IMG/VR virus record: IMGVR_UViG_2757320985_000001
DNA from: a virus
Lineage: Duplodnaviria; Heunggongvirae; Uroviricota; Caudoviricetes; Demerecviridae
Direction: 5' to 3' (one strand)
Length of the DNA: 11,823 nt
Under the pieces are notes generated by a model. It was not told where the DNA came from. It worked only from the letters and a program-made list of their open reading frames with translations, and ran no database searches. Within the stretch, counting starts at the first letter, position 1; each line of letters opens with the position of its first letter. Positions 1 to 7,220 of the stretch are shown here, piece after piece. Made by a program: the position numbers and the translations under genes.

Positions 1-2
1 AG

Positions 3-95
3 TTACGCACTAAGTTTGGGTGGTGGGATTTGTCACAGTTTGATCTCAAATATGGCGATTGCAAATTTAAACTAGAACAATCTGGTCACTTGTAA
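3..95 (+). CDS. 3' end (partial) of probable receptor-blocking lipoprotein (Llp/Cor-like)
   Basis: Frame open from the window start: LRTKFGWWDLSQFDLKYGDCKFKLEQSGHL*. The W..S.F...C tail resembles Cor/Llp lipoprotein C-termini, and the position just before the small-ORF cluster preceding the terminal repeat matches T5 llp synteny. The lipobox is outside the window. Confidence 0.5.
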   Translation, partial: LRTKFGWWDLSQFDLKYGDCKFKLEQSGHL

Positions 96-169
96 TTAGT
101 ATAAAGTAAAAAGATCTCGAAGTAAACAAAAATTTTTATTTCTGGGATGAGGTACAGGTAGCAAACACA

Positions 170-484
170 ATGCAAGATGAAGAAAAGTCCTTTCAGGAAC
201 CTGTTAACTTTGAAATAGATCCCAGGACTAAAGCAATACATGATGCGATTAACGAAATCATTCAAGACGTCATAGAAGATACAATGGAAGATGTGATGGG
301 AACATCCTTCTTGCTAGAAGAATCCGGCTTCGACGAAGTAATGGATCTAATCGGGACAGTCGTAATGGTTCGTGCAATTGCTAGGATATTCCAAATACCG
401 GGCTTACAGGAGAAGCAAAGAGATGTCAGACGACAACAGAAGAAAGAACAGACGCGGGGAAGTGTACGAAAGTTGGATAAATAG
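170..484 (+). CDS. Hypothetical acidic protein, 104 aa
   Basis: ORF track; AGGT at 156-159 upstream of ATG; first of a run of overlapping + strand ORFs. Confidence 0.7.
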   Translation: MQDEEKSFQEPVNFEIDPRTKAIHDAINEIIQDVIEDTMEDVMGTSFLLEESGFDEVMDLIGTVVMVRAIARIFQIPGLQEKQRDVRRQQKKEQTRGSVRKLDK

Positions 485-557
485 TTTCGGATTCGGAACT
501 GTATTATTCTTTATCTTTGTACTCTTTTGGTTAGCGGCTATGGCGGGGTGGTTATAA
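423..557 (+). CDS. Small membrane protein, 44 aa (MSDDNRRKNRR...FGTVLFFIFVLFWLAAMAGWL)
   Basis: Start re-called to ATG 423 (AGGAG at 408-412) rather than the track's 372. Basic N-terminus plus a C-terminal hydrophobic helix; TAATG overlap with the next ORF. Confidence 0.7.
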   Translation: MSDDNRRKNRRGEVYESWINSFGFGTVLFFIFVLFWLAAMAGWL

Positions 558-661
558 TGGAAGTAGTAATTATTGCTTTACTAGTTGTGGTAATTATCGG
601 GCAGTGCATTTTAGATAACCACTTAGCTCGTATCGAACGTAAGCTGCGGGGAGACAAATAA
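557..661 (+). CDS. Small membrane protein, 34 aa (MEVVIIALLVVVIIGQCILDNHLARIERKLRGDK), absent from the ORF track
   Basis: TAATG overlaps at both ends (555-559 and 659-663) fill the gap exactly; N-terminal hydrophobic helix. Confidence 0.75.
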   Translation: MEVVIIALLVVVIIGQCILDNHLARIERKLRGDK

Positions 662-855
662 TGGATTGGTTAGGACTTATTACACTTGTAGTATGGCTTG
701 TTTGGATTGTTGGATATATGACGTCGCACCGTAATCGCATACAGCGGCTAGAGGATAAAGTCACCCAACTGAATATTAATATGGATAAGTTACTGGACTC
801 CCAACGTAATGATCGGGCACGTATTCACCAACTTGAGAGGGAATTAGATGTTTAG
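661..855 (+). CDS. Small membrane protein with coiled coil, 64 aa
   Basis: GGAG at 649-652; N-terminal TM helix followed by a heptad-like segment (IQRLEDKVTQLNINMDKLL). Confidence 0.8.
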   Translation: MDWLGLITLVVWLVWIVGYMTSHRNRIQRLEDKVTQLNINMDKLLDSQRNDRARIHQLERELDV

Positions 856-1093
856 CTTTGTAGCTATCTTCATTATCGGGGTACTTGCGGGAATCTTCGG
901 AACACTCGGGGCTATTAACAAACATCGTGAATATATTGCGGTGGTATCGCGAGAGCTTTCGGAAAGAGAGCGGAAGTTTGCGGAGAAACGGGAGGAGTTT
1001 GAGCGAGAGTGGTCGGATGGATCTCGGGCGTCGCGGAGGAGATTTCGTATGTCAGAATCAGGAGACAAGCCGGTAGACAGGAGAAGCTCATGA
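848..1093 (+). CDS. Small membrane protein with charged coiled coil, 81 aa
   Basis: Overlaps the previous stop; N-terminal TM helix, then an E/R-rich helix. Confidence 0.75.
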   Translation: MFSFVAIFIIGVLAGIFGTLGAINKHREYIAVVSRELSERERKFAEKREEFEREWSDGSRASRRRFRMSESGDKPVDRRSS

Positions 1094-1305
1094 AAGAATT
1101 CGGGCGGTTTTTCGGGGAGTTTGAGATAACCCAAGAAGAACTCGAAAAGATGGGCATCACCCAAGAGATGTTACAAGTTTTTCCTAAGTCTTCGGAAATT
1201 CCAGAAGGATTTATGAGATTTGATGAAGCTATTGAGTACATCAATAATCTTGTTAAGACTGACCCTCTATGGCAGTCCATTCTCAAGCAGTCAGTCCGTA
1301 AATAG
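1090..1305 (+). CDS. Hypothetical protein, 71 aa (MKEFGRFFGEFEITQEELEKMGITQEML...)
   Basis: Start re-called to ATG 1090 (AGGAG at 1079-1083; ATGA overlap with the previous stop) rather than 1009. Confidence 0.75.
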   Translation: MKEFGRFFGEFEITQEELEKMGITQEMLQVFPKSSEIPEGFMRFDEAIEYINNLVKTDPLWQSILKQSVRK

Positions 1306-1411
1306 CGCTAATTTGACTTTTGCCAAATCTCATAAGATTACACATGAAGGTGTGCCCAGAGGTTCCCTAGATGAGAATGAGTCTCATTACCGCCCCCTTA
1401 CTTAGCAAGCT

Positions 1412-1458
1412 AATAGTCACACCATGTTATCATTACACAGTGTGACTATTTTATTTTT
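1412..1458 (+). terminator. Inverted repeat with downstream T-rich tract; probable terminator near the left terminal-repeat boundary
   Basis: AATAGTCACAC (1412-1422) and GTGTGACTATT (1440-1450) are perfect 11-bp arms with a 17-nt loop, followed by TTATTTTT. It lies between converging gene clusters. Confidence 0.5.
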
Positions 1459-1463
1459 AATTG

Positions 1464-2198
1464 TTAGGCAACTTTTAATTTATCAATGAATTGTTGCGGT
1501 GTGGTACTATATTCCGCGCGTTCTTCCTCGGTCATACCTTCCCAACACATTTTTAAACGTTCGGCTAGGAATTGATAATCGTTATCATCATCAAGCGATT
1601 CATCAATAAAGGTTTCACCGATCAATGTTACGCCGATTGATAGGATATCGTTAACGGCTTGAGCGTCCAGCGTTTTAAATCCAGCACTTGCCGCCGCTGA
1701 TAATACACCTTTATGATCATCAATCATCGTAAAATCAGCGTTAGGATATAGCTGTTTAAACAGTTCAAAGTAATAAGACTTATATACAGCGTCTTTGCTG
1801 TGATATATTTCGCTAACCTTACCCGCTTCAAAGTATTTATGTAATGTATCGCGGGAAAATACGCGAATATTACTATTTCCGCGCCCTCTTAGACTTTGTT
1901 TACGCAAGAAATAATAATCAGATTTACCCATTAAGCGAGCGGTACAAATAAGGTTTAAGGTATTGGGATCATTCATACATTGGCGCATATATTCAACCAA
2001 TGGCAATAAAGAATCCTGCATAATTAAATCATGCTTGCAGGCTTCGCGGGAATATTTATTTAAATCTAAATTCCCATTATCATCAAAACAAGGCCCGACA
2101 CGGTGCATTGAGTTAATGATTGTACCGTCTAAATCCCAAATCATAACGCGGGAAATATGCGGGAAAGTGCGGGTAATATTCATATTGACTTGATTCAT
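1464..2198 (-). CDS. dmp: Deoxynucleoside-5'-monophosphatase (HAD family), T5 Dmp homolog
   Basis: 244 aa; HAD motif I WDLDGT, motif II CTAR, motif IV IDD; GGAG SD; first gene of the T5 left end. Confidence 0.92.
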   Translation of the reverse strand: MNQVNMNITRTFPHISRVMIWDLDGTIINSMHRVGPCFDDNGNLDLNKYSREACKHDLIMQDSLLPLVEYMRQCMNDPNTLNLICTARLMGKSDYYFLRKQSLRGRGNSNIRVFSRDTLHKYFEAGKVSEIYHSKDAVYKSYYFELFKQLYPNADFTMIDDHKGVLSAAASAGFKTLDAQAVNDILSIGVTLIGETFIDESLDDDNDYQFLAERLKMCWEGMTEEERAEYSTTPQQFIDKLKVA

Positions 2199-2239
2199 TT
2201 GTTACATTCTCCATTTAAGGGATTTAGGTTAATTCAATC

Positions 2240-2271
2240 TTGCCAGCTAATTATATTAGATTAGCTGGCAA
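2240..2271. repeat. Intergenic hairpin, 12-bp perfect stem
   Basis: TTGCCAGCTAAT-tatattag-ATTAGCTGGCAA. Confidence 0.85.
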
Positions 2272-2285
2272 TGTTCAATTAACTA

Positions 2286-2678
2286 TTAGAACGCCAGACC
2301 AAAAGCGAGAGCATCGGCGATAAAGCTAAGATCTTCACCATGTACGCTAGAGCGAATCCCCGCGCAAGTGTAAACCATCGCGCTAGCTTCGGGATTGCAG
2401 ACCGGACACGGCTTAACAACTGCAAACGCTAGACCGGATTTAAGCGCATCAATAATAATTGTTTGCACTGTCAAAGTATCAGCGTAAACGCCTTTTGCTT
2501 TTGTATGGCTTGCCACTTTGCCGGTATCATAAGCAAAGGTAGTAACCTGCAAAGCGTCGTTATAATTCAGCAAATCGAAATTAACTTGCCCCGCCTCGAC
2601 GTGATAACGTTCGCCATTAGAATAAACTAGAACGATGGAAGAAGTAGCACGATCAAAAGGAATGTTTTGGTTTTTCAT
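2286..2678 (-). CDS. Pre-early hypothetical protein, 130 aa (T5 gene 02 position)
   Basis: GGAG SD (complement of 2687-2690); synteny between dmp and A1; contains a CPVC motif. Confidence 0.85.
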   Translation of the reverse strand: MKNQNIPFDRATSSIVLVYSNGERYHVEAGQVNFDLLNYNDALQVTTFAYDTGKVASHTKAKGVYADTLTVQTIIIDALKSGLAFAVVKPCPVCNPEASAMVYTCAGIRSSVHGEDLSFIADALAFGLAF

Positions 2679-2710
2679 GTTTATGACTCCAGATTATTTA
2701 ATTACGGGAT

Positions 2711-2989
2711 TTATTGAAAAAATACATTTAAAGATAAATCAGTTTTACGAAAATATGTTTCGTCGCCGTCTTTCCTTTCTTGATTAAGGTAATCGCCTGT
2801 CATTACCTGAATAGAATCTTTTCCGAAAAAGATCATATTTTCGCCAATATTACTATCCCATACGGCGTACATTCCCGCGTACATTCCACGGGTAACTAAA
2901 TAAACGCAACTATCAAAAGACATTTCAGACCATGCAATATCTTCTAAACAATTGCTATCAGGGATAGATATATTAATTTTACTAGCCAT
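2711..2989 (-). CDS. Pre-early hypothetical protein, 92 aa (T5 gene 03 position)
   Basis: AAGG SD; synteny. Confidence 0.8.
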   Translation of the reverse strand: MASKINISIPDSNCLEDIAWSEMSFDSCVYLVTRGMYAGMYAVWDSNIGENMIFFGKDSIQVMTGDYLNQERKDGDETYFRKTDLSLNVFFQ

Positions 2990-3003
2990 TTAATAAACCT
3001 TTT

Positions 3004-3034
3004 ATTAATGGCGGTATATTTCAACCGCCGATTA
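3004..3034. repeat. Intergenic hairpin downstream of A1
   Basis: GGCGGT-atatttca-ACCGCC core (3010-3029), extendable through TAAT/ATTA with a bulge. Confidence 0.65.
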
Positions 3035-3041
3035 AATTTAA

Positions 3042-4706
3042 TTATGCAAAGAATTTACCGTTTTTGAAATCAATCAAAGTACGTTGCCCGTTTGCATAGG
3101 TAATTAAATGCGTTTGCGTCCAGCTTGACGCGCCCACGTTGTAGCCCATATCAAGGGAACCAGCAACGCCAGCGGTATAAACGCCGCCGTAAATGCTAGC
3201 CGTGTGAGTGTGACCAGTGTTAAGGCGTCCCAACTTTTTAAACTGCTTAGGATTGCCACGACTGCCGTTAATGCCATTGTGACCATGTACGCCGCACTCA
3301 ATGCCCGCGATTTTAAACGACTGGTCAGTAGTCAGGAATATGGCGTTAAATTCGCAACCTGCGACATTACGCAAGGCGTAATCTAACACGTTAAACGTTT
3401 CGTCACGTTCACCGATTGCGGCGTAAATCGCAGCATTCAGGCGGTGATATAGTTCGGCGTTTGCGGGATCATCCTTAATGTTAGCGTTACGATCATCAAG
3501 CCAGCGTGAAAGCGCTAAATCATGGTTTGATTCCACAATGATTGTTTGAGAGAAATCACGCTCCATAGACTCTAAAACGCGTCCAGTGTCGATAAGATCA
3601 TCTAAAACCTTGTCACGTCCGGCGGCGTACTGTTTAGCAAGGAATACACCACTTGCGCGGTTATGATGATTGCGGGATGTAAAATCATGCACATCATGAA
3701 TAAACTGATATTTCGGCTTGAGAATATCAAGCAATGAATTTTCACTAGCCCATGAAGCAACGGCACATTCATCATCTAATTTTTCGGCGTGAATATCGCC
3801 ATATTGCAAGCCTAAAACGTGTCCAGACGTTTCAAAACATCCGGTAGCGGTAGCGCAAATATTCAAATCATAAAACATTCCGCTTTCGTCCATTGTTTCA
3901 AGCTGGCGCACAAAAAATTCGCCGTCGTCGTCAAACTCCACCAGCAAAGCGCCGAAATTATGCAGCGCCTCGGCTTTTTGACCTGCTTTCTGCTGAATGT
4001 AGTTTTTAAGCGTAGCCGTTCCGGTTGAATACATACGGCGCACAATTTCACCTTTTAACGCTGGTACACTTTCAGCGGTGATTTTAGCGTGACCGATTGC
4101 CAGCCCTTCAATATTTAAAGTCGTGGCGGTTTCTGCAAAACCTGTAAGCGGATAATCTGCCGTTGGTAATGCGTTAATTTCAGCCATGAAAGCAAAGCGG
4201 CGATTATTTAGGAAAACGTTTTTCTCGCAGATATATTTATTAAATGCGGGATCATATTTAATCCCTTCGTTACCTTCCCCATTCTGGAAGCCGTTTTTAT
4301 TGTAAATGAATTTACTAACCAGCAATTCAGCGCCGATATAATCAGCGAACTTTTCCAGACTTGCTAAAAAGTTTTTATGCGGGAAAGTGTTATTTTGAAT
4401 CGACGTTAGAATAAAACGGCGACCGGATTTAACTTCCCATTGTTCAACGGTACTAGAAACAATTCCCGCCGCTTCGGGGCGATCATCATTTTTAATCGCC
4501 TTTTCAGCTTTTGCCGCTTTCGGTTTCGCTGGCTTATTTGCTTCCAGCCAGTCACAAATTGCGGTCGAATGTTTCGGCGTATCATAAACAGCTTTTGAAA
4601 TATCGTCGCAAACTTCCAATTTAGTAGCGCGTAAACGCTTACCATAGAAATTAAAATCAGCGGCCATTTTCAAAATTTGAGCTTGTTTTTCTGCGGAAAT
4701 ATTCAT
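3042..4706 (-). CDS. A1: A1 protein: host DNA degradation and second-step transfer; metallophosphoesterase-like nuclease
   Basis: 554 aa; motifs GDIH, HDVHD, SNHD, HGH, GHTH; AGGAG SD; size and position match T5 A1. Confidence 0.92.
   Translation of the reverse strand: MNISAEKQAQILKMAADFNFYGKRLRATKLEVCDDISKAVYDTPKHSTAICDWLEANKPAKPKAAKAEKAIKNDDRPEAAGIVSSTVEQWEVKSGRRFILTSIQNNTFPHKNFLASLEKFADYIGAELLVSKFIYNKNGFQNGEGNEGIKYDPAFNKYICEKNVFLNNRRFAFMAEINALPTADYPLTGFAETATTLNIEGLAIGHAKITAESVPALKGEIVRRMYSTGTATLKNYIQQKAGQKAEALHNFGALLVEFDDDGEFFVRQLETMDESGMFYDLNICATATGCFETSGHVLGLQYGDIHAEKLDDECAVASWASENSLLDILKPKYQFIHDVHDFTSRNHHNRASGVFLAKQYAAGRDKVLDDLIDTGRVLESMERDFSQTIIVESNHDLALSRWLDDRNANIKDDPANAELYHRLNAAIYAAIGERDETFNVLDYALRNVAGCEFNAIFLTTDQSFKIAGIECGVHGHNGINGSRGNPKQFKKLGRLNTGHTHTASIYGGVYTAGVAGSLDMGYNVGASSWTQTHLITYANGQRTLIDFKNGKFFA
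3938..3945 (-). other. Chi site GCTGGTGG on the minus strand
   Basis: CCACCAGC on the + strand. Confidence 0.7.
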
Positions 4707-4744
4707 AACTAAATCAACTCCTATAAAGGGATAAATATTAATAC

Positions 4745-4816
4745 TGGCAATATTGCCAAATATAACGCCTTGCCTGAAGTGAGGACAATTTAAAAGGCGT
4801 TATAATTTGCAATATT
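4745..4816. repeat. Compound palindrome / long hairpin upstream of A1
   Basis: Perfect 14-bp palindrome TGGCAATATTGCCA (4745-4758) overlapping an extended inverted repeat whose core is TATAACGCCTT (4761-4771) / AAGGCGTTATA (4794-4804). Confidence 0.75.
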
Positions 4817-5042
4817 ATTCTAGAATTGGCATAAGACTAGAACTAAACCCGCAACTAATAGCCAGCGTTAAAAATATAATCGCCAGATATTTTTGTTTAT
4901 TAGCTTGACGTTTAAACATATCAGCGGCATAAGCTGAATTAATGCCGATAATAGAGATTATATATTTGCCGTAATTAAATATAAATATAGCGGCAACTAT
5001 AAATAAACCTAAAATAAACGCTTCACTAGGAAAGAAGATCAT
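4815..5042 (-). CDS. Pre-early membrane protein, 75 aa (T5 gene 05 position)
   Basis: Start re-called to the Met of MIFFPSEAF (GGAG SD at complement 5051-5054); two hydrophobic helices; lies between A1 and A2. Confidence 0.8.
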   Translation of the reverse strand: MIFFPSEAFILGLFIVAAIFIFNYGKYIISIIGINSAYAADMFKRQANKQKYLAIIFLTLAISCGFSSSLMPILE

Positions 5043-5069
5043 TTTAATAACTCCGGTCAAGGGGAATTA

Positions 5070-5091
5070 TAGCGGGGAATATTCCCCGCTA
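5070..5091. repeat. Perfect 22-bp palindrome
   Basis: TAGCGGGGAATATTCCCCGCTA; near-identical copy at 8479-8498. Confidence 0.9.
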
Positions 5092-5099
5092 ATTAGAAT

Positions 5100-5516
5100 T
5101 TATTCACCTGCGGCCTGTTTTACTTCCTCCGCTACGCCTAACAATTGCGCTACGGCTTCCAGCGTTTCCAGTTTTGCACTTTCCAAACTTGCCAGATCGT
5201 CGGCATCTTTAATAACGCCAGCATCAATGGCATGTTTAGCCATAACGCGCACATAGTGAGCTTTACGGACACTAGACCCGCCGCCAACTTTACGCGGTTT
5301 ATCGCTTTTCTGGTAGGCTTTTGCACTGGTCAATTTAGAACGTACAGAAACAGGACTTGCAGCGCCAACGGCGGCGGCAATTTCTTTTAAGCCGTCAGTG
5401 TTAGCAAATTCAATTCCGCTTTTAGCGACCATTTCAGAATACATAGAAACAGCCTTTTCGGTGTTTTCTTCGTTCCAAGAGAATTTTGCGGTTTTTTCGG
5501 TTTTAACGTTAGACAT
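5100..5516 (-). CDS. A2: A2 DNA-binding protein required for second-step transfer, 138 aa
   Basis: Start re-called to MSNVKTEK (GGAG SD at complement 5525-5528); K/A-rich; SPVSVRSKLTSAKAYQK and GGGSSVRKAH segments as I recall for T5 A2; synteny. Confidence 0.88.
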   Translation of the reverse strand: MSNVKTEKTAKFSWNEENTEKAVSMYSEMVAKSGIEFANTDGLKEIAAAVGAASPVSVRSKLTSAKAYQKSDKPRKVGGGSSVRKAHYVRVMAKHAIDAGVIKDADDLASLESAKLETLEAVAQLLGVAEEVKQAAGE

Positions 5517-5572
5517 AATAAATACTCCATTCAATTATTAATTAAGGGATTATGATTAACTAATGTTAATCG

Positions 5573-5602
5573 TTATATTGCCCATATTTCAGGGCAATAT
5601 AA
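5573..5602. repeat. Intergenic hairpin, 11-bp stem
   Basis: TTATATTGCCC-atatttca-GGGCAATATAA; loop identical to that of the 3010-3029 hairpin. Confidence 0.85.
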
Positions 5603-5740
5603 AAGTAACACTAATCATATAAGTTTAAATTGTGTGCCATAACATTGTTCACACTACATGGTTAATATATCGAAAATCTAACATGAGGCGCTAGCCTTAT
5701 TTATTTACGCCGATTAAAGGCGCGGGTTAATAATAAGCTA

Positions 5741-5992
5741 TTAGGCGATAGCTTGCCATTTATCATCTTTCTGAATGACCTTTACAACGTCGCCAGATTT
5801 AACACGGACGGTATAAATCGGCTTACCGTTGTTGCTACGTTCCGTTTCCGCGTAAACCGCTTCGATTTTATCGAAAGGATCAAGCGCCGCACCTTTAATA
5901 CGTTCGGCTTTTCCGGTTAATTCATCCGTTTTAGTAACAAAAGGAATGAATACAGATTGACCTACTTTCGGCGCGGTAATAACGTTTTGCAT
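5741..5992 (-). CDS. Pre-early hypothetical protein, 83 aa (T5 gene 07/08 region)
   Basis: GGAG SD (complement of 6001-6004); synteny. This ORF or the next may be the FtsZ inhibitor Hdi (T5.008), but I cannot tell which from memory. Confidence 0.85.
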   Translation of the reverse strand: MQNVITAPKVGQSVFIPFVTKTDELTGKAERIKGAALDPFDKIEAVYAETERSNNGKPIYTVRVKSGDVVKVIQKDDKWQAIA

Positions 5993-6132
5993 TTTTAATA
6001 CTCCGGTTTATTGGGGGATTATTCCACAATAGCGCCTCGATACTTTGAAACGCTATTAGATTATAATCCGCTAGGAGTTAGCCTAAACATTACCGTTATC
6101 CAAATTTTTAAAGAGCAGTTACTACGGGGAAC

Positions 6133-6161
6133 ATCTTAAAACCTATCGGCTAGCGTGTCAA
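6133..6161 (-). promoter_or_regulatory. Sigma70 promoter, leftward pre-early
   Basis: On the minus strand TTGACA-N17-TAAGAT with an A-tract upstream. Confidence 0.75.
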
Positions 6162-6376
6162 GCGTTTTTTAAACTTTTTTCTATTTGATGTGAGTTATAT
6201 AAATCAATCATTATATTACGCCACACCATTTCCAGACCTTGTTGCTTGCCTTTCTTGTATTGCTTGAATCTGTATTTTACAGATCGTTGCGCTACTGTCA
6301 ACAAATTTTTTGTTCTGCTATCTAATGCGCTAGCAGGTTTTGCACTAATCACTAAAGCGTTTTTTGATTTGATCAT
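6158..6376 (-). CDS. Pre-early basic hypothetical protein, 72 aa
   Basis: AAGGA SD; K/R-rich; first gene of the leftward cluster. Confidence 0.8.
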   Translation of the reverse strand: MIKSKNALVISAKPASALDSRTKNLLTVAQRSVKYRFKQYKKGKQQGLEMVWRNIMIDLYNSHQIEKSLKNA

Positions 6377-6516
6377 TATCGTCAGTTCCTTATAATATCT
6401 AAGTTTACCGCCGATAGGCTTTAAGATGTTCCCTAATTTTTAAAGAGCATGGCGGTTTAAACTTCCCCGCCGTGTAATCTTGCGTTTCGTTTCCGTCCCG
6501 CCGTCCTACGAGATAA

Positions 6517-6544
6517 ATAATAGCAAATTGAGAGAAAGAGACAA
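6517..6544 (-). promoter_or_regulatory. Candidate sigma70 promoter with extended -10
   Basis: On the minus strand TTGTCT-N16-TATTAT, with TGc directly before the -10. Confidence 0.55.
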
Positions 6545-6554
6545 GCGTATTTTT

Positions 6555-6569
6555 GTAAAGAAACGTAAA
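6555..6569 (+). promoter_or_regulatory. CpxR-box-like site
   Basis: GTAAA-gaaac-GTAAA, a perfect match to the E. coli CpxR consensus GTAAA-N5-GTAAA. Confidence 0.45.
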
Positions 6570-6766
6570 GACAAACGCCACCGCACCACGTCCAGCGGCG
6601 CACTAAATTTAATGAAACGGGCGCGCGAATAACACCAAAACAACCATTTTAGCAAGTAATTTTTTCATTTATATCTGCTCTAGGGTACTTGACAAAATCT
6701 AAAATCCTCGTGGTGAGGTTTTCTCGGTGTACCCCTTATGATTGCCTATCTTTTCCTTTGAGGCGC

Positions 6767-6793
6767 TTAGAATGCGTTACAGAGCGTTTTAGA
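6767..6793 (+). repeat. 27-bp motif, copy 1
   Basis: TTAGAATGCGTTacAGAGCGTTTTAGA; 25/27 identical to 10451-10477; degenerate inverted copy at about 7254-7280. Confidence 0.85.
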
Positions 6794-6951
6794 CCCTGTT
6801 AATAACTTATACAAAAAGCAAAAATGAAATTTAATGAGTTATCCACTTGATTTTTCAAAAAAGTATTTTCTGCTGTTATTTTTCATTGACAAATAAGTTT
6901 AGACGTGCATTGATTGGTTAGCATACTAACAATCGCTAGGATAATAATCAC

Positions 6952-6959
6952 GCTGGTGG
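6952..6959 (+). other. Chi site GCTGGTGG
   Basis: Exact match, intergenic. Confidence 0.7.
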
Positions 6960-7087
6960 ATTGTAACAGCCGAAACAGTTAGCAGACTATTAATACTCTA
7001 AAAACCTATTAGCCAACTAACTATTTCATATTATATAATATACTTATAAATTAAAGAGAAATAATAACTATAAGAAACTATCGGCTA

Positions 7088-7106
7088 AGTGAGAACCACT
7101 ATCATT
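7088..7106. promoter_or_regulatory. Fur-box-like 19-mer
   Basis: AGTGAGAAC-C-ACTATCATT, 14/18 to AATGATAAT-N-ATTATCATT. Confidence 0.4.
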
Positions 7107-7110
7107 TAGG

Positions 7111-7192
7111 TTATTCACAAAGTTATCCACAGCACAAAATAACTTGACGCAATAGGCGACGTTTTGGCGACTTATCCACAGACTTATTCACA
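7111..7192 (+). promoter_or_regulatory. Cluster of four DnaA boxes (cassette A)
   Basis: TTATTCACA 7111, TTATCCACA 7123, TTATCCACA 7172, TTATTCACA 7184; all fit TTWTNCACA. Confidence 0.85.
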
Positions 7193-7200
7193 GGTTATCC

Positions 7201-7220
7201 TACTGTATAAATATACAGGG
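7201..7220. promoter_or_regulatory. LexA (SOS) box, copy A
   Basis: TACTGTATAAATATACAGGG; intact CTG-N10-CAG; 17/20 to TACTG(TA)5CAGTA. Confidence 0.75.

Noticed and set aside
372-5534. Longer starts given by the track at 372, 1009, 5060 and 5534
   Set aside because: Downstream ATGs (423, 1090, 5042, 5516) have well-spaced GGAG/AGGAG SDs and remove overlaps.
5640-5700. NrdR-box-like ACACTACAT.. and 9-11 codon mini-ORFs upstream of A2
   Set aside because: The right half of the NrdR palindrome is missing, and the mini-ORFs are too short with no clear SD.
5741-6376. Assigning the symbol hdi to either small ORF
   Set aside because: Synteny places Hdi here but I cannot decide between the 83- and 72-aa ORFs without a BLASTP against T5.008.
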